A stretch of 64,000 nucleotides of DNA from an uncultured Lachnospiraceae bacterium (GCA_910584965.1 CAJUDZ010000011.1:17088-81087); one strand, 5' to 3'; positions 29,131 through 39,737 are shown, counted from the stretch's first letter. Notes: generated by a model from the sequence alone, not told the origin. Translations and numbers: made by a program.

Positions 29131-30030
29131 TTAGTTATTATCTGTTTTATTTTTCGTTTTTCCATCATTCTTTTTCAAACGATACCGGATTATGAAATCC
29201 GCCGCCGCGGATACCACCACAAAAATCAGCGCGAGCAGCTGAGATACCGGAATGGTCGTTCCGGCAAGGTAAAGCTGGTCGGTACGGATACCTTCTATCC
29301 AGAATCTTCCAAGCCCGTACCCTCCCAGATAAAGAAGACATATCTCTCCGTCAAATTTCTTATGTTTCCGGTACAGCAGCATGAGTCCCATCAACGCCAG
29401 ATTCCACAGCCCTTCATATAAAAAGGTGGGATGTACCTGAATATAATTTGTTCCGTCCAAAATATGAGCCGCTACATTGGCCGAAATATCCCTGCTTCTG
29501 ACCGCCTCGATCGGAAGCCGCATGGCAAGCAGGCTGTCCGTATATTCCCCAAACACTTCCCGGTTCAGAAAATTGCCCCAGCGGCCGATCACCTGTCCAA
29601 GCACAAGCCCTGGCATACAGATATCGCCAAGCTGTAAAAAAGAAATCTTCTTAATCCGGCAATACACATACAATGTGATAAACGCGGCGATTACCGCGCC
29701 GTAAATCGCAAGGCCGCCATGCCGTAAATTCAGAATCTCCAGGAGATTGTTTTTATACATGTCCCATTCGAAGATCACATAATAGATTCTGGCACCGATA
29801 ATGGAAAAAATCAGGGCATACAGTATAAAATCCCAGACAATATCCGGATCTTTCTTTTCCCGCTTTGCCACATGCGCCGCCATAAGCACGCCGCTCAACA
29901 CGCCAAGCCCGATCATTACGCCGTACAGCGCGATCTGGAATCCGAAAACGCTGAATGATTTCGGTACATTTTCCAAATAAAGCCCGATATTCGGAAACGC
30001 GATATCCGCGCTGTTCATAATATCCTTCAT
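29131..30030 (-). CDS. lgt: prolipoprotein diacylglyceryl transferase
   Basis: GLAIYGAVI, GQVIGRWGNFLNRE, HPTFLYE. Confidence 0.9.
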   Translation of the reverse strand: MKDIMNSADIAFPNIGLYLENVPKSFSVFGFQIALYGVMIGLGVLSGVLMAAHVAKREKKDPDIVWDFILYALIFSIIGARIYYVIFEWDMYKNNLLEILNLRHGGLAIYGAVIAAFITLYVYCRIKKISFLQLGDICMPGLVLGQVIGRWGNFLNREVFGEYTDSLLAMRLPIEAVRSRDISANVAAHILDGTNYIQVHPTFLYEGLWNLALMGLMLLYRKHKKFDGEICLLYLGGYGLGRFWIEGIRTDQLYLAGTTIPVSQLLALIFVVVSAAADFIIRYRLKKNDGKTKNKTDNN

Positions 30031-30064
30031 GTTTTTTCCTTCCTATATATAATTATTCGATGCA

Positions 30065-31162
30065 CTAGACATTAAAACGGAACAAAATTACATCTCCGTC
30101 CTTCACGACATACTCTTTGCCTTCCATACCGACAAGCCCTTTTTCCCTGGCGGCCGCAAGAGACCCCTGTTCCAGCAGATCTTTATAGTTCACAACCTCC
30201 GCTTTGATAAAACCCCTTTCGAAATCGGTATGTATCTTACCGGCCGCCTGCGGCGCCTTCGTACCGATCTTAATCGTCCACGCTCTTGTCTCGTCTTCTC
30301 CGGCGGTTAAAAAGCTCATCAGCCCCAGAATATGATAGCTCGCCTTAATCAGTTTCTGCAGACCGGACTCCTTTAATCCCAAATCCTCCAGAAACATAGC
30401 CGTCTCTTCCTCGTCCAGCTCCGCGATCTCCTGTTCAATCTGCGCGCAGATCACGAAGACTTCACTGTCATTCTCCGATGCGAAAGCCCGCACACGGGAT
30501 ACCTGTCCGTTTCCGGCACCGTCGTCTGCCAGATCTTCTTCCGCAACGTTTGCCGCAAAAATAACCGGCTTATAGGTCAGCAGATTATAGGATGCAAGCA
30601 GCGCCTGCTCGTCTTCGTCTTCCGTCTCGAAACTACTCGCCAGTTTTCCCGCTTCCAGATGGGCTTTGATCTTCTCCAGCAGCGCAAACTCTTTTCCGAG
30701 CGTTTTATCCATTCTCGCGCCTTTGCCCACTTTGGCAATTCTTCTTTCCAGTATTTCCAGATCGGAAAAAATAAGCTCCAGATTGATTGTCTCAATATCC
30801 CGCATCGGGTCGATGGAGCCGTCCACATGCACGATATTGGAATCCTCGAAGCAGCGCACCACATGGACAACCGCATCCACTTCCCGGATATTGCTCAGAA
30901 ACTGGTTGCCAAGACCTTCTCCTTTGGACGCGCCCTTCACAAGTCCGGCAATATCCACAAATTCGATCGTTGCCGGCGTTACCTTTTTGGACCGGTACAT
31001 GTCTCCAAGCAGCTTCAGCCGTTCGTCGGGAACGGCCACGATACCGATATTCGGATCTATGGTACAGAACGGATAATTGGCCGATTCCGCACCCGCTTTT
31101 GTTAATGAATTAAATAACGTACTTTTTCCGACGTTTGGCAGACCTACGATTCCGAGTTTCAT
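30065..31162 (-). CDS. ychF: redox-regulated ATPase YchF
   Basis: MKLGIVGLPNVGKSTLFN...YPFCTIDPN...VVHVVRCFED; 365 aa. Confidence 0.95.
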   Translation of the reverse strand: MKLGIVGLPNVGKSTLFNSLTKAGAESANYPFCTIDPNIGIVAVPDERLKLLGDMYRSKKVTPATIEFVDIAGLVKGASKGEGLGNQFLSNIREVDAVVHVVRCFEDSNIVHVDGSIDPMRDIETINLELIFSDLEILERRIAKVGKGARMDKTLGKEFALLEKIKAHLEAGKLASSFETEDEDEQALLASYNLLTYKPVIFAANVAEEDLADDGAGNGQVSRVRAFASENDSEVFVICAQIEQEIAELDEEETAMFLEDLGLKESGLQKLIKASYHILGLMSFLTAGEDETRAWTIKIGTKAPQAAGKIHTDFERGFIKAEVVNYKDLLEQGSLAAAREKGLVGMEGKEYVVKDGDVILFRFNV

Positions 31163-31477
31163 ATCTATTTATATCCTCCTTAAAAACCTTGATTTTATGC
31201 AAGTTTAGCCTTTCAAGGCTTTGGTTACGTACCAATTTACGTACCAATCTGAACCATTCAAAATTTCAAAATAGATTTTTGAGCCATGCTTGCATGAGCG
31301 GAAATATCTATTTGAAATTTTAGTTGGCGAAGCCAGCGAGCGAAAAAACGAATGTTTTCGAGCTACGTGGTTCAGATATTAAACCACCTTGCGAGACGCT
31401 GCAATTTTTTCAATTTCCTTTTAAGTTTTTCCCCATAGTAAAAGCTCCTTTCAAAAAAGAGCCTTAACACTTACGTC

Positions 31478-31506
31478 AGTATAGCATATCAAAGCTCAAA
31501 AGTAAA
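31478..31506 (-). promoter_or_regulatory. candidate promoter of the long ychF leader (TTTACT-17 nt-TATACT, TGC just upstream of the -10)
   Basis: -35 at 31501-31506 and -10 at 31478-31483 on the minus strand. Implies a ~300-nt 5' leader. Confidence 0.35.
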
Positions 31507-31531
31507 TTGCAGGATTTTTATATTTCCGCAC

Positions 31532-31556
31532 AAAAAAAGCACCCCAAAAGGTGCTT
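31532..31556 (-). terminator. intrinsic terminator after rsgA
   Basis: Minus strand AAGCACC-TTTTGG-GGTGCT followed by TTTTTTT. Confidence 0.7.
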
Positions 31557-31652
31557 GTCACAATTCTGTTTTTGTTTTTTATTTTTTATACTGTATGAAA
31601 CGACAGAACAGATGCAAAATCCCTGAAAACATTGAAAACCCGGAAATTCCAT

Positions 31653-32531
31653 TTAATAACGTCTGATATCTTTTAACTCCTGATACAGCGCCTTATAATT
31701 ATCATAGCGCACCCGGCTGATCAGCCCCTGCTCCACCGCCGCCTTTACGCCGCAGTCAGGCTCGCTGATATGGGCACAGCCGCCAAATCTGCAGGCCGGT
31801 TCGTACCGTTCAAATTCCGGGTAAAAGCCGCTCAGCTCTTCTTTCCTGATTTCCGCAATATGCAGAGACGTGAATCCGGGCGTATCCATGATATAGGTGT
31901 TTTCCCCGAGCGCGATCATCTCGGAATGTCTGGTAGTATGCTTTCCTCTTTCGATTTTCCGGCTGATGCTCCCGGTCTCCATGCCGGCTTCCGGGGCCAG
32001 CGCATTGATGATCGTCGATTTGCCTACGCCGCTCGGCCCGGCCAGCGCCGTAGTGCGTCCGGTCAGCAGGCTTCTCAGTTCTTCCAGGCCTTCCTTCTTT
32101 CCGGCGCTGACAAACAGCACTCTGTAACCGCATGTTTCATAGGCTCTGACGAGCGCAGCCTTTTCCGCTTCCGTCGCAATATCCTGTTTATTAAAACAGA
32201 TGACGCTCGTCAGTTTCTGCTGCTCCATCCGGATCAAAAAGCGGTCTAACAGCCGGAAATCCGGGGCAGGCTTCACGATCGCAAAAATCACTAGAGCCTG
32301 ATCGATATTGGCCACCGCCGGACGGAGCAGTTCGCTCCCTCTCGGCAAGATCTCCGTGATGTTTCCTTCTTTTTCCTGATCATCCAGTATCGTCACGGAA
32401 ACGTTATCCCCCACAAGCGGTTTGATCTGCTGGTTACGGAAAACGCCCCTTGCCTTACATTCATAAACGCCTTTGTCCTCTATATGCACATAATAAAATC
32501 CCGCAATTCCCTTAATTATCTTTCCAGTCAT
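31653..32531 (-). CDS. rsgA: ribosome small-subunit-dependent GTPase A
   Basis: CFNKQD, GPSGVGKSTI, C-terminal Cys cluster (CRFGGCAHISEPDC). Confidence 0.9.
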   Translation of the reverse strand: MTGKIIKGIAGFYYVHIEDKGVYECKARGVFRNQQIKPLVGDNVSVTILDDQEKEGNITEILPRGSELLRPAVANIDQALVIFAIVKPAPDFRLLDRFLIRMEQQKLTSVICFNKQDIATEAEKAALVRAYETCGYRVLFVSAGKKEGLEELRSLLTGRTTALAGPSGVGKSTIINALAPEAGMETGSISRKIERGKHTTRHSEMIALGENTYIMDTPGFTSLHIAEIRKEELSGFYPEFERYEPACRFGGCAHISEPDCGVKAAVEQGLISRVRYDNYKALYQELKDIRRY

Positions 32532-32537
32532 TCATCC

Positions 32538-34724
32538 TCACTCTGCGGCAAACGTTACGTTCCTCGTGACCGTCTTTTCCGTTGAAGTTCCGTCCACAAT
32601 CACGGTATCTCCCGTATTGGGATCCGTCGTTGTCGATGGATTGGTTGTCACCGTAAAAATAAACTGAATGGTACCCGTCTCCGATGGGATTCCCGTATAG
32701 TTGACCGCAAGCGGAAAAGAGGAAGTCTGCGTATTCAGCAGCTGGGCGCCTTCCGCCGTCGTGACAATTACGGTAACCGCCATTCCGTCATGATATTCCC
32801 CGTCTTCCGTAGGCGCCGTAATATTATCGACAAATTTAAAGGTACGGGCCACAGGACCGATACTGACTTTCAAGTCGATCGTCGTCCCGCTGTCCACCCA
32901 GGAACCTTCGGAATAACTCTGATAACATATTTTATCCGTCAGCGCCGGATCATCGTTATTCACCTGCGTAATCGTACCGACTGTAAGGCCGCTTTCCGTC
33001 AGCGTTGCCACGCCGTCCATTTCCGTCATTCCCACCGTATTAGGTACCCGGATTTTCGTGCTCTCCGCCCCCTGGCTCACTCGGATGGTGACAGAAGAAC
33101 CGGCCGGGGCTCCCGCTCCCGCTTCCGGCGACTGAGAAATGACGTTGCCGCTTCTCACATTGTCGTCATACCCTTCCGTCACGTTTACGATAAATCCCTG
33201 TTTTTCCAGAATCGACGTCGCCTCCGCCTGCGTTTTACTGTGTACGTCGGCTACTTTGATGAGCTCATTCGCTTCCGCCACCGTCAGAATCACATTGGTG
33301 TTCTTATCCGTCATCGTTCCCGCTTTTACGCTTGCTCTGATAACGGTTCCCTCCTCGTAGGCGTCCGTGACTTCATATTCGATTTCCGGGGTCAGGCCGA
33401 TATCGATCAGGGCCCGCTTGGCTTCGTCCAGCGTTTTGCCCTCCACTTCGATCATTTCTACCTGTTCCGTCTGCTCTTCCTGTTCGGTCCCGGCTTCGGG
33501 TTCGGTCTGCTCAAAGGGAAAAACGCCCAGCGTGCGCCCGATGATGAAAATCACGATGCCGCCGACTAACAGCGCCGCAACAACCGCGAGTATCGTTGTA
33601 ATCCGTTCCATTTTCGGATCATAATCATCGTCGTCATCATCATAGTCATCATCTTCATAATATCTGTCGTCGATATCGTCTTCGTCGTCCTCATCGTCCT
33701 CTATTTCGTTCTCATAATCTTCATCCTCTTCGTCGTCTTCATAGCGTTCGTGCCGGTAGTAATCTTCGTTTCTTCTCAGGCGCATCGCCTCGTCCATGGA
33801 ATCTCTTCTGTCGGACTGCCTTTTGATCTGCGCCATATCCCGGTCCGTAATCATTCTGGTCGATGCCTCTTCATCGGGATCCACCACCTTGACGAAATCC
33901 TCGTCGGGATTCATCAATGACTGTTTCAGGTCGATAACCAGCTCTCCCATGGACTGGTATCTTCTGTCCGGGCTCTTCTGGCAGCATTTGCACACAATCT
34001 GCTCTACGCTGATCGGAATTTCCGATACAAATTCCCTCGGAGAGGGCATTTCCTCCTGAATATGTTTGATCGCGATCGCCACCGTCGTTTCCCCGTTAAA
34101 AGGAACGCGGCCCGTCAGCATTTCGAACATGGTGACGCCGAGCGAATAAATATCGCTCTTTTCATCGCTGTAACCGCCTCTTGCCTGCTCCGGCGATGTA
34201 TAATGTACCGAGCCCATGACGTTTGACGTTATGGTATTGCTGGTAGCCGCCTTCGCAATACCGAAATCCGTCACTTTTACTTTGCCCTCTTTGGAAATAA
34301 TAATATTCTGGGGTTTGATGTCCCGGTGGATAATATGATTATTATGGGCGGACTCGATTCCCATGGAAACCTGAATCGCGATACTGATCGCCTCTTTTGC
34401 GGAAAGTCTCGCTTTTTTCTCGATATATTTTTTCAGCGTGATGCCTTCCACCAGTTCCATTACAATGTAGTAGATGCCGCCCTCTTCCCCGACGTCATAA
34501 ACATTGACGATATTCGGGTGCATCAGGCCGGCCGCAGCCTGCGCCTCGATACGGAATTTGGAAACAAAATTTTCGTTTTCGCTAAATTCCTGCTTCAGCA
34601 CTTTCACCGCCACAAACCGGTTCAGCTTATGGTCTTTTGCCTTATATACATCCGACATTCCCCCGGTACCGATTTTTTCCAGAATTTCATACCGGTCGCC
34701 GATTATCATTCCAATTTTAATCAT
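32538..34724 (-). CDS. prkC: PASTA-domain Ser/Thr protein kinase
   Basis: GTGGMSDVYKA, HRDIKPQN, DFGIA. Acidic juxtamembrane stretch, TM, then repeated PASTA-like units. Confidence 0.9.
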   Translation of the reverse strand: MIKIGMIIGDRYEILEKIGTGGMSDVYKAKDHKLNRFVAVKVLKQEFSENENFVSKFRIEAQAAAGLMHPNIVNVYDVGEEGGIYYIVMELVEGITLKKYIEKKARLSAKEAISIAIQVSMGIESAHNNHIIHRDIKPQNIIISKEGKVKVTDFGIAKAATSNTITSNVMGSVHYTSPEQARGGYSDEKSDIYSLGVTMFEMLTGRVPFNGETTVAIAIKHIQEEMPSPREFVSEIPISVEQIVCKCCQKSPDRRYQSMGELVIDLKQSLMNPDEDFVKVVDPDEEASTRMITDRDMAQIKRQSDRRDSMDEAMRLRRNEDYYRHERYEDDEEDEDYENEIEDDEDDEDDIDDRYYEDDDYDDDDDDYDPKMERITTILAVVAALLVGGIVIFIIGRTLGVFPFEQTEPEAGTEQEEQTEQVEMIEVEGKTLDEAKRALIDIGLTPEIEYEVTDAYEEGTVIRASVKAGTMTDKNTNVILTVAEANELIKVADVHSKTQAEATSILEKQGFIVNVTEGYDDNVRSGNVISQSPEAGAGAPAGSSVTIRVSQGAESTKIRVPNTVGMTEMDGVATLTESGLTVGTITQVNNDDPALTDKICYQSYSEGSWVDSGTTIDLKVSIGPVARTFKFVDNITAPTEDGEYHDGMAVTVIVTTAEGAQLLNTQTSSFPLAVNYTGIPSETGTIQFIFTVTTNPSTTTDPNTGDTVIVDGTSTEKTVTRNVTFAAE

Positions 34725-35466
34725 AATTACGCTCCTCGTCCGCCGACGGTTCTATAATGATCACGGAAATATTATCTTTACCGCCGTTGTCATTGGCCAT
34801 CTGAACCAATGTTTCCGCTCTCTCTCTCAAACTTCCCCCACTTTTTAAAATCCTCCGTATCATTTCATCCTCTACCATATTCGTCAGGCCGTCAGAACAA
34901 AGCAGCACAATATCGCCGGCCTCCAGTTCCAGATTGAAGAAATCCGCTTCGATCGAGTTCCTCGCCCCAAGTGCTCTCGTAATGATATTCTTATCCGGAT
35001 GGTTCCTTGCCGACCTCCTGTCGATGCCGCCCCTCTGAATCATTTCTTCCACAAGAGAATGATCTATCGTAACCTGCTCTATGCTGTCATTGACAAGATA
35101 GAGTCTGCTGTCTCCCACATTCGCAACTTCCAGATACTTCCCGATACAGGTCGCGATCACAATCGTCGTTCCCATACCCATCAGCGCTCTGTCCGTTCCC
35201 GCCTTCTGCCTGATAAAGGCGTTCGCCTTATCGATTGCCTTGCTCAGAATGATCGTGGGATTCTTCTCAAAAGAAGCCTTTACCTCCCCGACGATCGTCT
35301 CCACCGCATACCTGGATGCAAATTCCCCTGCATTATGTCCTCCCATGCCGTCTGCAACAATAAAAATATTCGGCAGATTGCCGACGGGCGTTTCCGAAAG
35401 ATACACAAAATCCTGATTTATTTGTCTTCTATGTCCGATATCTGTAACTGCATAGGACCTAAGCAC
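34717..35466 (-). CDS. stp: PP2C-family Ser/Thr phosphatase (Stp1/PrpC)
   Basis: TDIGHRRQINQD, ADGMGGHNAGE, CSDGL, DNISV. 8-nt overlap with prkC. Confidence 0.9.
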   Translation of the reverse strand: MLRSYAVTDIGHRRQINQDFVYLSETPVGNLPNIFIVADGMGGHNAGEFASRYAVETIVGEVKASFEKNPTIILSKAIDKANAFIRQKAGTDRALMGMGTTIVIATCIGKYLEVANVGDSRLYLVNDSIEQVTIDHSLVEEMIQRGGIDRRSARNHPDKNIITRALGARNSIEADFFNLELEAGDIVLLCSDGLTNMVEDEMIRRILKSGGSLRERAETLVQMANDNGGKDNISVIIIEPSADEERNYD

Positions 35467-35494
35467 CGTAATTTCCTCCTATGGGCCATGCCTT

Positions 35495-36547
35495 TTACTC
35501 TGCCCGCTCCTTCATATGACTCCTTCGAAGCTGTCCGCAGGCACCGTCTATATCCCTGCCCATTTCCCTTCTTATAGTAACATTTATTCCATTTTTTTCA
35601 AGTTTATTTTTAAATCCTTCCACGGCCCGTCTGTCGGACTGCCTGAAATCCCGCTCTTTTACGGGGTTGATCGGAATCAGATTCACATGGCAGTTAAGCG
35701 GCTTAATCAGGGCCGTGAGCTCCCTGACATCTTCTTTTGTATCGTTCACCCCGTCCGCGAGGCTGTACTCAAATGTAATCCGCCGCCCTGTCTTTTCAAA
35801 ATAGTATGTACAGGCCCGCATCAGTTCATCCAGCGAATATCGCTCGGCTATCGGCATAAGCCTCCGCCGCTTTTCATCCGTCGCCGCATGGAGCGACAGG
35901 GCAAGCGTGATCTGCAGTTTTTCCTCTGCAAGCTGCCTGATGCCGGGCACAATGCCGCAGGTCGAGACGGTAATATTGCGCTGGCTGATATGCAGCCCGT
36001 TCTCATCCGTCAAAAGTGCAATAAACCGGAGCAGATTTTCATAATTATCAAGAGGCTCTCCCGTGCCCATCACTACCACATTGGAAACCCGCCCGCCGGT
36101 CAGCCTTGTAATGGCATAGACCTGATCGAGCATCTCGGAGGGCAGAAGGTTCCTTTCCCAGCCGTTCAATGCGGAGGCGCAGAAACGACATCCCATCCGG
36201 CATCCGACCTGTGATGAAATGCAGACGGAATTTCCATGTTTATACCGCATCCACACGCTTTCCACCAGATTGCCGTCGGAAAGCGCAAACAGGAATTTCT
36301 TCGTGCCGTCGACTGCGGATTCCTGCACTCTTACGGCCCTGAGCGAAGTATAGCAAAATGTTTCCCGGCATTTCTCCCGAAACGCGGCCGGAAGATTCGT
36401 CATTTCATCATAATCCGCCGCCAGTTTCCGGTGCATCCATTCATAAAGCTGCTTTGCACGGTAGGCCGGCTCGGAAAACGGCTCCAGCGCTTCCTGCAAC
36501 TGCGGCAGCGTCAGCGATTTGATATCTTTTTTTTCTTCTGTGTTCAT
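35495..36547 (-). CDS. rlmN: 23S rRNA/tRNA (adenine-C2)-methyltransferase RlmN
   Basis: Radical-SAM motif CRMGCRFC, MGTGEPLDN; conserved position after rsmB. Confidence 0.9.
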   Translation of the reverse strand: MNTEEKKDIKSLTLPQLQEALEPFSEPAYRAKQLYEWMHRKLAADYDEMTNLPAAFREKCRETFCYTSLRAVRVQESAVDGTKKFLFALSDGNLVESVWMRYKHGNSVCISSQVGCRMGCRFCASALNGWERNLLPSEMLDQVYAITRLTGGRVSNVVVMGTGEPLDNYENLLRFIALLTDENGLHISQRNITVSTCGIVPGIRQLAEEKLQITLALSLHAATDEKRRRLMPIAERYSLDELMRACTYYFEKTGRRITFEYSLADGVNDTKEDVRELTALIKPLNCHVNLIPINPVKERDFRQSDRRAVEGFKNKLEKNGINVTIRREMGRDIDGACGQLRRSHMKERAE

Positions 36548-37923
36548 CTTATCGTTTCCCCCGTCTGCCCGCTCCGCCGCAGTCTGGCAAAGAAAAAGCC
36601 GTCCGCTTCATGCACGCCCGGCAAAAGCTGAACCATCCCTTTTTCTGCGTCTTCCAGCAAATGCTGCGGAAGCCCTCCCGGCAGATATGCACGGATGTCC
36701 TCCGGCACAAACGGAAAAGCGCCGCACAGCCATTCCACCATTTTTTCATTTTCCTGCGGGTGAATCGTGCAGGTGCTGTACAGCAGAATACCGCCCGGCT
36801 TCACATAGGCCGCGGCGTTTTTCAAAATTTCCTTCTGTAAAACCGTAATGTCCTTCAAAGACTGCTCCGTAACATGATATTTGATATCCGGTTTTCTTCC
36901 GATGACACCGAGACCCGAACAGGGCACATCCGCAAGCACCACATCCGCGCTCTGATACAGGTCTTCTCTGTATATGCGCGCATCGGAAAGGGCCGTTTCC
37001 ATATTTTCCCGGCCCATCCGCCGTCTGTTTTCCTCCAGACGCGAAAGTTTTGCCTCCGTCAGGTCAAAAGAACGTACTTTCCCCGTTCCCGCAAGCCTGG
37101 AAGCCGCATGGAGCGACTTGCCGCCCGGCGCCGCGCACAGATCGAGAACGGTCTGGCCTTCCATGATTCCCGCCGCCTCGACGGCCAGCATGGAACTGAC
37201 GTCCTGTACCGTAAAAAGCCCTTCCTCATAGCCGGGAAGACGCCGGATGCTTTCCGTCTTTTCGATCTGTACGGCATAGGGCAGATACGGATGTCCGGAT
37301 ACCGCAATGCCTTTTTTCTCCCAGGACAGCAGAAGGGCCTCCCGCCGCTGTTTCGTGAGCGATTCTTCCAGCCGTACCGTAACGGGCTTCCTTTCCAGGA
37401 ATGCCCGCAGCATCTTTTCCGTCGCCTCTTCGCCGCAAAACCGCAGAAAATGCTCCGTCAGCCAGACAGGCATGGAATACCGGACGGATAACGATGCCAC
37501 CGGCTCCCGTTCCGGGTCAGGATAACAAACCGCCTCTTTCTGCCTCGAAAGGTTCCGTAAAACCCCGTTGACATACCCCTGCAAAGAACCGAACTTCCTT
37601 TTCTTCGCAAGCTTCACCGCCTCGTTGCAGACCGCCGCATCCGGAACCGCTTCCATAAAAAGAATCTGATAGGCGCTCATCCTGAGCAGCGCCCGGATAA
37701 AAGGCTTCATCTTTGCGGCCGGCACTTTGGAAATTCCGTCCAGCACATAATCGAGCTGGATAAACCGCTCCACCGTTCCTTCCGAAACCCGTTTGATAAA
37801 AGCCTTTTCCTTTGGCTCCAGATAATCGTATTTTTCCAGCACGTCGGAAAGCAGCAGGTTCACATACCCGTCCGTCCGCTCCAGCTCCAGCAGTATTTCT
37901 ATAATGATTTCTCTAAGATTCAT
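36544..37923 (-). CDS. rsmB: 16S rRNA (cytosine967-C5)-methyltransferase RsmB
   Basis: NusB-like N-terminus, DLCAAPGGKS, DVPCSGLG, YSTCT. Confidence 0.9.
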   Translation of the reverse strand: MNLREIIIEILLELERTDGYVNLLLSDVLEKYDYLEPKEKAFIKRVSEGTVERFIQLDYVLDGISKVPAAKMKPFIRALLRMSAYQILFMEAVPDAAVCNEAVKLAKKRKFGSLQGYVNGVLRNLSRQKEAVCYPDPEREPVASLSVRYSMPVWLTEHFLRFCGEEATEKMLRAFLERKPVTVRLEESLTKQRREALLLSWEKKGIAVSGHPYLPYAVQIEKTESIRRLPGYEEGLFTVQDVSSMLAVEAAGIMEGQTVLDLCAAPGGKSLHAASRLAGTGKVRSFDLTEAKLSRLEENRRRMGRENMETALSDARIYREDLYQSADVVLADVPCSGLGVIGRKPDIKYHVTEQSLKDITVLQKEILKNAAAYVKPGGILLYSTCTIHPQENEKMVEWLCGAFPFVPEDIRAYLPGGLPQHLLEDAEKGMVQLLPGVHEADGFFFARLRRSGQTGETIR

Positions 37924-37956
37924 GATTACCTCTGTCTGACAGAATTTTCAGATATT

Positions 37957-38676
37957 TCAGTCTCTTCTTCTGCTGTTGTTTCCGAACAACAGGATGAGTC
38001 TTAAAAGCTGCAGCACGGAAGAAGCCGCAGCCGCCACATAGGTCAGAGCCGCCGCGCCAAGCACCTTCCGGCATCCTTTCGTTTCATCGCTGCCCATCAT
38101 GCCGTAGTCTCCGAGCATCCTGAGCGCTCTCCCGGAAGCGTTAAATTCCACCGGAAGCGTTACGATCTGAAACAGTACCGCAAGCGCAAATACCCAGATA
38201 CCGATCTGGATAAACATCTGATTCATGCCAAACAGCACGCCCAGCAGAATAATCGGTATTCCCAGTTTCGAGCCGATATTGGCCGCCGGAACGAGCGCCG
38301 ACCGAATCTGCAGCGGCGCATATCCTTTGTTATGCTGCAAGGCATGCCCGCACTCATGCGCGGCAACGCCGATCGCCGCGATCGAATCCGAACCGTAAGT
38401 GGCATCCGAAAGCCGGAGCACTTTGGATGAAGGATCGTAATGATCTGTCAGTTTTCCGCTGATATGCTCTACCCGCACGTCATAAATGCCGGAAAGCTCC
38501 AGAATCCGCTGTGCCGCCTGCGCGCCCGTCATGCCGCTCCTGCTTCTTACTCTGTTATACTTACTGAATGTCGAACTGACGCGAAGCTGCGCCACAAGGC
38601 AGAGCACCGCCCCGATAATGACAAGCCAGTAAGTAGGGTCAAAATACATTCCGTAATATCCGCCGTAGTATCTCAT
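37957..38676 (-). CDS. membrane zinc metallopeptidase (Zn_peptidase_2-type)
   Basis: Trimmed to MRYYGGYYGMYFDPTYWL (AGGAG RBS). HExxH present as AAHECGHALQH. Confidence 0.75.
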   Translation of the reverse strand: MRYYGGYYGMYFDPTYWLVIIGAVLCLVAQLRVSSTFSKYNRVRSRSGMTGAQAAQRILELSGIYDVRVEHISGKLTDHYDPSSKVLRLSDATYGSDSIAAIGVAAHECGHALQHNKGYAPLQIRSALVPAANIGSKLGIPIILLGVLFGMNQMFIQIGIWVFALAVLFQIVTLPVEFNASGRALRMLGDYGMMGSDETKGCRKVLGAAALTYVAAAASSVLQLLRLILLFGNNSRRRD

Positions 38677-38738
38677 AATCAATCCGCTCCTTTCGTCCTC
38701 TCCGTCCTTTCCGGGACGCTTTGACAAAAACCTTGAAA

Positions 38739-39737
38739 CTATGCCAGCCTTTCTCCCTCTTCCAGCCGGTAACCGAGTAAAAAGGCCTTGACTTCCATTC
38801 TTTTCTTACCTTCGAGCTGTATCTGCGTGACCTTTAACAGACCGTCGCCCGTCTGCACATAAAAGGCTCCTTTTTCCACCGCCGCAACCGTTCCCGGCAG
38901 CAAAGCAGCGCCATGAGCCGGGCTGGCGCCGTGCTTCTTCGCATCTTCCATGTTTTCTGCGGCGCCGCCTGCTTTTTCTGCATCGCCCACAGTCTCGCTT
39001 TCCCATATTTTCAGCGTCTTTCCGTGCAGAAAGGTGTAAGTGCCCGGCCAGGAATTTAATCCCCGCACCTGCCTTTCGATCTGCGCCGCGCTCTTTGTCC
39101 AGTCGATTTTTCCCATGGATTTATCGAGCATTTTCACGTAACTCGACAGTTCGCCATTCTGCTTCTGCGGCGTCAGTTCTCCCGCCTCCAGCTTCCGCAG
39201 CGCTTCGACGATCAGATCGGCGCCGGTTTCCGCCAGCTTATCATGCAGGCTGTCACCCGTTTCTTTCTCCGCAATCGGCACGGCGCGCTGCAGCAGCATA
39301 TCCCCCGTATCGATTCCTTTGTCCATCTGCATGATCGTGACGCCGGTCTCTTTCTCCCCGTCCAGGATCACCTGCTGAATCGGCGCCGAACCGCGGTATT
39401 TCGGCAAAAGGGAAGCATGGATATTGATGCACCCATAGCGAGGCATCGACAGAATCTCTTCGGAAAGAATCTGCCCGAAGGCCGCCACGACAAACACATC
39501 CGCTCCATATCCCCGCAGCGTTTCCGCCGCTTCCGCCGCTCTGACCTTTACGGGCTGAAAAACCGGAATACCATATTCCAGCGCACAGGCTTTCACCGGT
39601 GTCATCTGCATTTCTTTTCCACGCCCTTTGGGCTTATCCGGCTGTGTAACGACCGCCGCGACCTGATGGCCCGCCCGGATGAGCGCACGCAGCGCCCCCA
39701 CCGCAAAATCCGGCGTTCCCATGTATACGATTTTCAT
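38739..39737 (-). CDS. fmt: methionyl-tRNA formyltransferase
   Basis: MKIVYMGTPDFAV, INIHASLLPKYRG. Confidence 0.95.
   Translation of the reverse strand: MKIVYMGTPDFAVGALRALIRAGHQVAAVVTQPDKPKGRGKEMQMTPVKACALEYGIPVFQPVKVRAAEAAETLRGYGADVFVVAAFGQILSEEILSMPRYGCINIHASLLPKYRGSAPIQQVILDGEKETGVTIMQMDKGIDTGDMLLQRAVPIAEKETGDSLHDKLAETGADLIVEALRKLEAGELTPQKQNGELSSYVKMLDKSMGKIDWTKSAAQIERQVRGLNSWPGTYTFLHGKTLKIWESETVGDAEKAGGAAENMEDAKKHGASPAHGAALLPGTVAAVEKGAFYVQTGDGLLKVTQIQLEGKKRMEVKAFLLGYRLEEGERLA

Noticed and set aside
31395-31425. 8-codon ORF (MGKNLKGN) with a GAAAGGAG RBS in the ychF leader, as a possible leader peptide
   Set aside because: It is too short and has no regulatory codon pattern or attenuator logic that I can see. 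It is retained only as a note within the structured-leader finding.
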